From Takakia lepidozioides (lineage: Eukaryota > Plantae > Bryophyta): a stretch of 64,000 bases of DNA. Positions 52,740 to 64,000 of this stretch are shown one piece after another. The DNA lies in NCBI GenBank assembly GCA_030704615.1, contig CM060734.1, positions 9,424,001 through 9,488,000 on the forward strand. Reading direction: 5' to 3'. Position 1 is the first letter of the stretch. Each line of letters begins with the position of its first letter. Both the position numbers and the translations under genes were made by a program. A model generated the notes under the pieces. It did no database searches, had not been told where the DNA came from, and was given only the letters and a program-made list of their open reading frames with translations.

Positions 52740-53540
<801 letters not shown>

Positions 53541-55882
53541 TTTAAGTAAATATGGACAAAATGATGAAATCTGGACATCTGTTAAATAATTATAAATGAT
53601 TAATAATCTGTGCACGCGTGTGAGCATGCACGAGTCCTGTTACAAATTCGTCGATGGTGGAAAATAAGCAATTCACCTTGCAGTATGAACAGCTAAGCGC
53701 TGCGGGCTTCTTGATGAACCAACCTTTCAATTTATGAACATCTATATCTCTAGCGATTTGAATCCTGATTGCCTGCATCTCAGTGAAAGTTTAGTTCTAG
53801 TTGATTGTATTTTACGCACATAGCACGGGATATCTCCCGTGCTACAGATACTTGACTATTGCATATGTCAAGTTATTTTACCACTAGTGTGAAACTAGCT
53901 AGGAAATAGCTAGCTTTTACATATTGACATTTGGGATTGGCCCAAGTGTCAATCCAGGGGTCAAGGCAGATTTAGGCCCTGGAGTGGTTATCTTCGCGGC
54001 AAGCGCGGGAGGCTCATCTTTCTCGAGTTGAGCCTCACCGCGCCTAGCTATGGCGCCGTAGTGTGGATTCCCCATGGCGTGGGGTGCACTTGGCTTGACT
54101 TGTATTTGAGTGATGAGGTTATATATGCATGAGTTTATGCTTCAGCTTTGTGAGCTCGCATGAGCTTGTGCTTGTATTCTTCCTCTTTATCATTGTGTGG
54201 ACTAGTGACTGCCATAGTGGGCAGCGTAGTGGCAGCCTAGTGACTGACTAGTTGTAGCCTAGTGGTTGGACTAGTGGCTGGACTAGTGGTGGACTAGTGG
54301 TATACTAGTGGTGTACTAGTGTGTGGTGTGCACATGTGTTGTGTGGTTTTGGACAACGATGTAGTTGTGTAGCGATATGTATGCGCACGACACATACTGG
54401 ACATGATTAATATTCTCATTCACCATAGCGCTCATTGAATAATATAGTTATGAGTCCCAATTTGGTTCGTTATCTGATAAGGATATGTCGGGGTCCGAAT
54501 ATCGTATTTTCTTCCCTAGCGGAATGTCCTTATATATATCTATTTCAACGGTGGCCCCTTCTTAATCTGAAGTTGTAAATTGTATCCTTGCAATGTTGTT
54601 ATTGATTTCAGGTGTAACACGGAAGGTCTCCCGTGGTATGTCTCGTTGTTTTTCTTAATATTACTTACTGGATTCTTTTTTGATCTGCGAACAAATTGCT
54701 TTGGTTCTGATCTCCAAAATTTTGAATTTTTGAATGGCCAGTGGATGTGAATGGTTGTACATTTTACTTTGTTTCCGTCTGATGGTTCCACGCATTTTGT
54801 ATGTCGAACGACCGATTTCCCATGGTGGTTGATGGTTTTCTCCCTTACACATAGTGCTCGGGAGATGTCCCGTGCTACAGTGACTTGACTATTTCCGATC
54901 ATGATTATTATATTTTTCTTAGAGCTCATTGTAGAATAAAATAAGGATTTGCAAATGTTTTCATTTTCTGAAGATGATGAGGATTTTGTCTGGTCCAAAA
55001 CCTTCATATCTTCCCTTGCGGAATGTCGTTCACTACTCCGATTTTAACGGTGGCGCCTTATGACGCCGACGTTCTAAATTGTATTTTCGCGATTGTGCTA
55101 TTGATTTCAGTTGTAGCACGGGAGATCTCCCCTACTATGTCTCGACGTCTATTCGGTATTTTTTGGATTTTTATTTGATATTCGGAGGGTGACAAATAAC
55201 TATTGTCTTACCAGACAGTTTTAATTTCTGGATGACCAGTTCATGTGAATGTTTCTAGATCTTATTTTCTTTTAATTTGACAGCTCGACGCTTTTCGTAT
55301 TGAGCACGGGAGATCTCCCCTGGTGGGGGGAGGTCTGAAAGCACCAGCAGCAAGCTGACATTGTACTTGAAATTGTATTTGACATTGTATCTGGCCTTGT
55401 ATTTGACGGTTCAATGCATTTCGTTTGTTATTTCATGTCCTCAATGTGACAAAGATTTTTCTATCCCTTAAGTTTCAAAATTCAAAAACATTATTTCAAT
55501 GTTTCTACCAATAATTTTGAGTCACGACCCATTGTGGTTTTAAAGCTCTTACTTTGTTTTTTATATGATATTGACATGCATTTGTTACGTTTTCACGGGA
55601 AAGCTCCTCTCATCTTCTCTCCCTTCCCCTCCGTGAATATACTCACGAGCGATCTTCTCAAATTCAACATAGGTGTCTTGTTTGTAATTTATTTTGCAAA
55701 CGCCGATGCTACTTTTCAGACCAATCCTGGAAAATCCAAAACTTGTAAGCTTTAATGCATTGTTAATACTGAATATAGTTTTTTTTTCCATTATTGTCGT
55801 CAAATTAGCACGGGAGATCTCCCGTGCATCTCTCTACACTGTGCTTAATCAGACTCACTTTGATCGTTCGCAGCATATAGAT

Positions 55883-56790
55883 TTACTTTCGCTTTAACTG
55901 CTTCGGCATTTCCAATACGTCTAGAGCTCCACTTGGAGGTGTTCTTCCGAGGTCCCATTGTCCACAATTCGTATGTATCCACTTTGGTGGATCAGATTCA
56001 TTGAACTCCCAAGCTTTGTCCCAACAGTTTCTATACCTGTCCACATCCTCCGCTGCATCACCTTTAGGTCTCCACCACTCCAGAAGGACTTGCCAATATC
56101 TCTCATCTGAACGGTCACAAACAACATCTGAGATTGCCACACCCATTCAAACTGGATATGTCTCTGTGTCTGGTGGTCAAACAAGTATGAAGTTTCCAAT
56201 TTCAATATTTTTGAATGGGTTGATCGGCTCTTTAGGTCTCTGACTCTTTGGCCCACAATAGGGAGCTGGTTGTGATCTTCCTCCTCTGACTCCTCCCGAC
56301 TCTCATATTCAACCCTAATCCCATCTTTGTCATGGCTATCTTTCCACAGAGTCGAAGGCCAAAACCCCTCCTTCAGCTTGTCCTTTGGCTCAGGCAATGG
56401 CTTACCAAGTTCAAGTAGAACATCCTTCCAATACTCATCATAGTTCTTCATGATATTTTCGTAGTTCTTGTCGAGATCCATCCCAAGTCTCCAGAATTCC
56501 CGGTACTTCGAAAGGTCATTTACAATACTGGCATTTTTTGGCGTCTGGCTTTATTCCCCAAATAGGCTGCAGTGGAACAGGTTCCGGGACCCCCTGGGGT
56601 AGCAGGGGAGATCTCCCGTCCTCAGCAACCTTCCACATTTTGACAACACCCGACTTCGGAAGCCAGTCAGCGTTGGTTACCAATTTCTTATACTTCATTA
56701 CAGGCCAACCGTCACAATCCACATAGAACTTGAAGATGTGCATATCACTCATCCCGATTAGCGCATCGCTCCCATCAATAATATATCCAG
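55883..56790 (-). pseudogene. Fragmented ORF resembling the C-terminal half of DUF7869-type putative transposase proteins
   Basis: HIFKFYVDCDGWPVMKYK...WLP; YDEYWKDVL...LKEGFWP; WMGVAISDV...VLLEWWRP; frameshifts and stops. Family assignment from memory. Confidence 0.4.
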
Positions 56791-56854
56791 TGAGCGCGGC
56801 AGCAAATCTCTTGCGCCGGAAGACACGAGTGACGGCCTCCTCTGGAGGTCAAAG

Positions 56855-57502
56855 AAAGTTAATCATTCTAAGTGTTGTTGGTTTATTGTGCTATAAACCC
56901 AAGCCTGTTGGATCACAGAGGTTCCTTGAACATTTTCCTCATGCCAAAATTCCCTACGATTGGGACAATGTCGTTCCTCGTCCGGGTGTTCTGGAATTTC
57001 TTGAACTTGCGTTCAACCATTACCATGTGGGTATCTGGTCCTGTGGAGTTCAGCATATGGTGAGGCTCTTCTGGCATATCTTCTCCTGAAGAATATGGTC
57101 AGGAAATTTTGCTTTATCTGGTGTCGGGATATTTGCACCAAGTTTTCTGCTACATTGCCTCAACACAGCCGTTCTACATTAAGGACATTGTTGGTCTTTG
57201 GGAACACTTCGGGAGAAGTTCTAAGCCCTACGGCCTAAAAGGCCAAACGTTTTTTATTGATGATGAGCCCACCAAAGCCCTGAGCCCCTTTGAACACTGG
57301 TTTTTACCCAAGATCCTTTGATGGCACTCTAACGTCAATCGTCAAGGAGGGACGAGATTCTTTTGTTGAGGATCTTGTTGAGGCTTTATGGCCATTCCTT
57401 TCTGGCATGATGTCATCTCCGATAGTTCAAGAATACATGGAGGAGAATTACTGGAAGTGTGCAAATGTTCAGATGCCTGTCGATAGCTCTCACTCTGATT
57501 AA
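56855..57502 (+). pseudogene. FCP1/NIF-like HAD phosphatase homology domain, frameshifted
   Basis: KLIILSVVGLL...VVPRPGVLEFLELAFNHYHVGIWSC...YIKDIVGLW...TFFIDDEPTKAL; catalytic DxDxT motif absent. Confidence 0.7.
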
Positions 57503-59990
57503 ATTTGGTTAGCGAGATATGCAAATCCCCTAGGGATTACTGACCCTTGTGTGTATTTAGGTATGTTCCCCCCTCTTTGCTTTCAACTTCTTCTTTTTAT
57601 GTCAGCAGATGTGTCTTAGAGTAGTAGGTTAAGAGGTTAGAAAGGGTCAATAAGCACGGGAGGTCTCCCGTCCCTGCTGCGCACCATGAATCTGAAAAGT
57701 CTACTGATTTGTCTCATGGATTGGTTTGTCTGTTCCACTCAAGGCCAAGCGTCGGATGAAGTCAACATCCGACAAGAAGAAGGATGGACATACCAAACCA
57801 ACAGGCCAGAAGGGTTTCTGGAGATATATGAGTATTTCTAAGGAGGAGATCTGCTGGCGAGGACAACGCCCTCAAACAAATGCACGACAACGGAATGTCC
57901 ATCTGGGGAGATCTGGGATGAGTGTAGAATCCGCTACCCATTCTTACTAGTCGGATGACAGTCTTCCATCAGTTGGGATATTGTAGATAATGTACATTGA
58001 CAATGACGACGCAAATTATGAATACAAATGGTTCATTGTGTTTTATTCATTTCATGTTAGAGCGATGGATATCATGGCTGTGCTTTGTGTACTCTTTGTT
58101 TGGTTTTGGAATTCATTACTCATGTCGTTATGAGAATTATCACCACGGGAGATCTCCCCTACCTGACTATGTGTATGTTTGGGTTTTGTCATCACACCTG
58201 TCAGACTCTTGTAGACTAGAGAGCGTGAGTAAGGACGGGAGACCTCCCATCCTCTATGCCTTTCTATGTTGATTGTTCCTTTAAACCCCTCATTCTCTTA
58301 TGGCTTTGGGAGGTTGTTGTAACTTGTGCATGTTTCCCCCTCAATTTAATTTGACTACTGCTGATGTGTATCGCTTGGGAGGGGAGACCTCCCATCTGTC
58401 CTAGTCCGCATGTGTTTTGTGCGTGGAGATATGACTTGCATGATTAAGACATAATCGGAACGGCCATGCCACCTGGGAATCCGCAAGGTGGTTCTTATTT
58501 TATGGATGACGCTGTTGAGGAACCGGTTTGAGACTCGAGGACGATGATAGATAGAGATAGACAGTCCTGTCGAAGGGCTGATGCAGTGGAGCCGAACTGT
58601 TCGAATGAATTGGCTTCTATAGAGACGTTCACGATTGGTTTGCGTCGAAGACTATGATTTTGGGTCCTATGGGATGGTAATGGTTGATTAGTGCCAATAG
58701 CCAGGGACCTCAATGGCTGTACAAATTTGGTTTGGTGATGCTATAATAAATTACTCTGGACATTTTGGGACATATCTTGACGGGATGTCTTTCTATCTTA
58801 CTATGTTCTAATCATAGATCGAGAGATCTCTCTTGCCTCAGTGGAGATGTCAAACTTGGGACAACAGTCATAATTCTCTTGTACTTCTGTAGTGACAATG
58901 TTTAGCAATTTTTTTGTAGGCTAATATTAAAAAATTGCAGCAACTATGATGGATATGAGGTCTTCCGTGTTGCCCGTGAAACTGTCCAAAACTAGGATTT
59001 CAACTCAGATTAGGGATGTAATCAGGGTATGGATTTTTTGGGACCGACAATATTTACTAAACATCTACAATAAACTTAATAAAATCATTTAAATTTGTTT
59101 TCATAGTGAATTTTTATTCAATTTAAATAAATCAATAAATCAATATTTTTGTTATTCCTGGACTTTGGAAAGTCTAAATTTACTTAAAATCCAGCTGGCA
59201 AATCTGGCTCTCGGCCAAAGAGAAAAAAGTAAGGTGAGAATGAGGCAACTGACGCTTGATTGCTGAACCTATAGCCCATAGCCAACCAAAGCAACTGAAG
59301 GTCCCAATTTCTCATGTGTCCCTTCTGCAAGCCGTACTTGCGCAAACCCCTCTTGACTGTTTGAACAACTGCACATGTAGGCAGTAGAGGTTAGTTTAGT
59401 TGTCCACCTTGTGAAACGACCATTGACATCCCTTGCTCATAGAATTAACTTCCCAAACATACCAAAGGGAGATGAGATTTACACAGGGCTTCACAGTTCC
59501 TTTTTGGCCTTCGTGATCTAATTCTATTTTTCCTTTAATTGTGCCTTGGTGTACCAAAAATTTCCAGGTCCTGGGGTGCCTGACTGCTAAAGAAGGAAGA
59601 GCAAGAGGATGAGGTCTCTTAATCCTAAAACTGCAGCAGCCAAGGACTCCACTAACACGAATATACTGAGAACCTTTAGTATTATACTCCTCAATATACC
59701 AGCAAAAATATAATATGGAAAGTAATATTCAACAAATGTTTGAAGGAAACATGGTTCAGGCCATCATTATGATGCACAACTCCCCACGGCCATCACACAA
59801 AGATTAGTCCACGAGTGTATACATCTCAGCCTGGAGTTCCCAGGACACAGCAGCAGCCCTCACAGCAGAGGGCTGGCATTAACACATGAAACCAACAAAG
59901 CCAGGAAAGCAATGGGCAGCGAAATGAACAGACTATTGTAAGTGACTGTAAAGGAAAAGCAAAGGAAGCCAGCGAAGCAAGGCAGCTAAC

Positions 59991-60502
59991 CTGAAGTGAA
60001 ATAATGGCAGGGTCAGTAGGTGGTGGTGGCGGTGGTGGCGGTTGCAGTGGTGGTGATGACTTCACTTGCAAATCCTGCTCACATCAGGTAACAAAGAGTA
60101 CCCATTATCAGCGTCAAGTTGGTTCATGGATCACTTGGACCTTCCATTGCTAAACCCCCTGCCACGAAATAATATAGGAATCTACTCCGAGATATTGGAA
60201 TCTGTCCCGGTCCCTAGCTATTTGTATAACGGAAAGTTCAAAATCCCACCCCGTCCCCACAACCCCCCTCCCCGCCGGTCTACCTTGGAGTAATTTATAA
60301 TTACGCCCTTGCTGATCTCAACACAGTTGCATGATGGCCATATGTAAGCACCATCTGTTAAATTTATCCCACATGGCAGAATGTCTGGAAGTTTGATATC
60401 CACCTCGATGTCAGATCCTCGGAAAATGATGTAGTCATAGACTTTGTCATGGCAGGGATCTGGGGCCATCCTTCTTGCGGCCCTCTATCCCAAACGAACG
60501 TA
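59991..60502 (-). pseudogene. DCP5: DCP5/LSM14 gene fragment (two exons, frameshifted)
   Basis: VRSFGIEGRKKDGP..(frameshift)..DKVYDYIIFRGSDIE|DLQVKSSPP...DPAIISLQ with a GT-AG intron; first LSM exon not found. Confidence 0.75.
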
Positions 60503-62399
60503 CTGCAAGCAACCCATCTCCCATAGGTCAGCAGCAAGCTTTTGTTGCAAGTAAAATATCACCTTGGCTTATGTGGAAGTCTCTGACGCAGCACCGTTTC
60601 CTCTCCATAGTTTATTTGGTGGAACATTAGTGATCTCTAACATTACACATGCATGGAATGACATGAGCCCTCTATGCAAGGACCCTAGGAAGAAGTGACC
60701 AGTGACAACTTGTTAACTAGTTGGTTCCTCTGTATTAAGAAGCACTCTACGCAGTGAGATACACTTTCGATTCTGCAGTCAGAATGACACTTTATGACTC
60801 CAGTTGGCATGTATCCAGAACTGTTTACAAGCACTCCATCGGGTAATCAGCTGTCCCCCAACACCAGAGATCACTGGCATACTTATACCACTCCCGTGGT
60901 AAACTCAAACCGTGTATACAAAGACACACGTAAGAGATACTCTACTTTTACCCTAACCAATCTTATTTGAGAGTCACTTCACTTGGCAGGGGAACAAAGG
61001 AATTAACTCAAGTGGAAATCAGTAGTCCCAACACAGATCGACAACTTTCAATCACACACCAGCTCATAAGGTTCAAAGACTAACATGTTACAGCGTGCTA
61101 CTCAAAGTAGGTAACACACGTGCGAGATTTCTGGGGGGTTCGCTGTTGGCGACGGTCGGCTCCCTGAAGACTCGGGCCGACTAAATTATACTGGTGAAGG
61201 GAATCTGAGAACATTGGTGGAACATTGCGAGATTCTCGAAAAAGGTGAAACCCGCATAACACCGCACGGTCACAAATGGCATATGTTACCCTCCTCAAAG
61301 TACAGCTGAACGCAATATCTCCCAACCAAATTACAGAGAGGGGACTGATGGAGCCAACTAGAAATAACCAGGTATTGACTGATTCCCCCCATCTTCTGAG
61401 ATGGATCCATAAACATGATTTCTAGAAAATTGCAGAATTACTTATGCACATTGGAGTGAGAACAGACTGAAACAAAGTAAGACATCATACCAAAACTGCA
61501 AATCCAAAATCAAGTGTGGCAAAACATGTGCACTTTCTCCCTACCCTTCCCTTGCTTTCCTTCACACATAGATTGCTTTGGAAGTATGGTATAAGACTGT
61601 CTGACAGAACCTACACAGAGACTGGCACTTGAAAAGAACCCAGTTGTGCCTAACAAATACATAATCATATAAGTCACAGATTCGAGGATCTAGGAAGAGT
61701 AGGAAAACAGCCGCATAGAGAAAAGATTTCCCCACCAATCGGGTCCTGTTACCATAGCATGAGACCCTGAGAATGAGAAGCTACCAAGTAACTTGTACAA
61801 AAGGAACTTCGCACATCCAGATATCTAGCGCAAGACAAGAACTGAAGAACTACTCGTCAGGGTGCTCCAGCAAAGAACTCCGGGTGAAAGTCTTGGCGTG
61901 TCATGAAGCAAATGAGAAAACTTCAAGCACCATAGCAGTCATGAAACGTGACACTGTCAACATAGACTTCATTCTTTGATATCTACTGAACAAAAAAAGG
62001 GTCTCAACTGCATCAAGGAGCATTCCTAACCCCACTACTTGACAGTATTGAAATTATTTTGTGTGAAGCACACATGGCAAATTCCAATCACATGCTTTCA
62101 ATTATGAAATGGGGTCCCTTAGCATGTGGAACCAAGATCAAGAACACTGTACACAGGGGAAGGTACGACAGGTGGCACTTGGGACATACACAGCAGTGTT
62201 GAAGCAACATGAGACAATGCCAAGAGGATTACAAATTTAAAAAAAACCTTGCAAAAAGAGAGTCACGCAGCCCAGAACAATTTTCACACACAAAGAGCCA
62301 CCTCTCACAGGAGGGTGGCCACTTACATTGGAATTCCAATTCCTCTGAACAAGATCACCCCGTCGTGTTCTCAACAAAGTCGGAGGTTTGAAGAGCATC

Positions 62400-62980
62400 C
62401 CTTCATGCTGAAGAATTTACAGGTAAAGCCAGTGTTAGATCCTTATGCAGATCAACTACAAAAATGTACTTTTGATATGCACAAGGAAATTGACAAAGGC
62501 TCCAAAAATTCGACGCACCGGGCAGTTTGTGAACCTCTATCCACTCCATTGTTGCAAGCTCCAGCTCCCATATCCGGATGCTCGCAGTCTTGCGAAGCGT
62601 CAGCACTAAGCCGCTGTGCCTTCCTCTCCGCCCCAACGTTCCCTATGCCAAGTTCCCACGATGATAGAAGAACTCGGAGCGTGGAATCCATCGACTTTCA
62701 TCCAGATAGTTTGATAATTTCCCGCAAACGGACCTCCAACTGTACAGTTGGTAAACCCCGATTCTAACGAAATTTCCGATAAAATTATCCGCGACATGCC
62801 CCCGACAGGATCCGTATTTTACGCGACGGAGATTCTCTCTGCGGCCCCCGTTAAGCGGGAAGTGGGGGTTAGCTGGCCAATTCCGGCTCGCAACCCCCCT
62901 GTGCGGCCAGGCCCTTAGGGTGGAGGCAGAAGATGAAAGAACTCCTACGATATATGGAGGAAAGGGCAGTCCGGAAGCCA
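62400..62980 (-). pseudogene. Possible F-box/kelch-type protein C-terminal remnant
   Basis: SIRIWELELATMEWIEVHKLP resembles plant F-box beta-propeller ends; broken frames. Confidence 0.35.
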
Positions 62981-63049
62981 AGGTTGCGGGGTCAACATTG
63001 AAGCCTCCCATGATGCCCTGCCCAGTCTTCTGTATAGCTCACTGCACTT

Positions 63050-63560
63050 GAAGAATCATGGATGGAGCTCGGGACTCTGGTATTTACTGAGGTGAAGTAG
63101 CAGTTGCTGTCCACCACCCCCTGTAGAAGAATAGAGAAAGATTTCATTCTATTCCTATGGTCCGCTGCGACCCTTGTGTTGCTGGGAGCCTTGACAATAA
63201 GGTTACTGCCATCGATGGCTCCTATACAGTTAGGGAGCCACTGTTTTTTCTCGAAGTCACGAGTTACTTTGTGTAAGTGTGCACCATGGGGCCAGCTAAT
63301 GAGGTGTCCCAGCGTCGAACATATTGCTGGCACAACCTCCCTCAATATGTCGTAGACGGTGGCCTTGCCAATCCCAGCCTTGTCAGCAACCAACGCATTT
63401 GTATGCCCATGCATGAGTTTGTACAGCGTGGCAGTGACTTTCTTCTCGACCGAGATAGGCTGCCTCCAATTTGTAGGTTCTCCCCTTATGAAAGGGCGAA
63501 GGTCATTGCAGAGTCGGTAAAAGGTTGCTTTTCTTCACATGGTCTTTGGCATGGTTTGAG
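63050..63560 (-). mobile_element. PIF/Harbinger transposase (DDE_Tnp_4) fragment, truncated
   Basis: ISVEKKVTATLYKL...GIGKATV...LPNCIGAIDGS...SILLQGVVDSNCYF...PSSIHDS. Confidence 0.85.
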
Positions 63561-63719
63561 TAGATGAGAATCATGTTTGTTGCACACATAACAAGCTGCA
63601 AACTCGAGAGGAGCATGGACATTATGAATTTGAATGAAGGTTGCTCATGTCTGTAATTGTGCATGACTGTGGGCAGGGGCCTTGTTGGTGGCAATGGAGG
63701 GGCCTCCTCTTCAGCTGGT

Positions 63720-63990
63720 GGGTCGGGGTTCGGTGGGTTCCAGGGTGGTGTGAATGCAGGTCTTGGAGGCTCAGGAGGCTGCCAAGGTGCTGGGAACGTT
63801 GGGCCTGCAGGTTCAGGCGGGTTCCAGGGAGGCGGCTCAGGAGGATGCCAAGGTGCTGGGAACGCTGGGCCTGCAGGTTCAGGCGGGTTCCAGGGAGGCG
63901 GCTCAGGAGGATACCAAGGTGCTGGGAACGTTGGGCTTGCAAGTTCAGGCGCCAACGTTGGTCGTGGAGGCTCGGGTGGATTCCAGGGCA
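63720..63990 (-). repeat. 60-bp tandem repeat encoding Pro-rich PPWNPPEPAGPxFPAPW units
   Basis: CCAAGGTGCTGGGAACG recurs at 60-bp spacing. Confidence 0.85.
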
Positions 63991-64000
63991 ACATCAACGT

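Larger units (their letters stand above)
53821..58835. mobile_element. Palindrome-studded decayed element (putative DNA transposon), motif GCACGGGAGATCTCCCGTGC
   Basis: At least 11 copies: about 53821, 54618, 54856, 55116, 55304, 55808 (perfect), 56602, 57654, 58144, 58234, 58381, plus a weak one at 58820. Confidence 0.6.

Noticed and set aside
53888-54360. Possible LTR fragment with GACTAGTGG micro-repeats
   Set aside because: No partner LTR, PBS or TSD found in the window.
59325-59385. RPS29-like GLRKYGL peptide on the minus strand
   Set aside because: Too short, and the flanking cysteines are not in frame.

Overview
Nuclear genomic DNA of a land plant, probably a seed-free lineage (spliceosomal introns, PLS-DYW PPR gene, moss/fern-style transposons). 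It holds three apparently intact genes: an 11-exon phosphomannomutase, the 4-exon complex I 51-kDa subunit, and a PLS-E-DYW PPR editing factor. These sit among decayed mobile elements (several Gypsy LTR remnants, LINE ORF1, a CACTA-like element, Harbinger, a long-TIR foldback element) and pseudogenes (scrambled MAPK-like kinase, DCP5 exons, PPR and F-box fragments). The most unusual signals are three. First, an intron-containing ParB/Srx-like plus beta-class DNA amino-methyltransferase gene whose intron and upstream DNA carry about 9 copies of one palindrome. Second, two OSB-type PDF ssDNA-binding motifs directly in front of, and partly in frame with, the PPR-DYW deaminase. Third, a second palindrome-studded element at 53.8-58.8 kb. 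Family assignments come from motif recognition by eye, not database searches.
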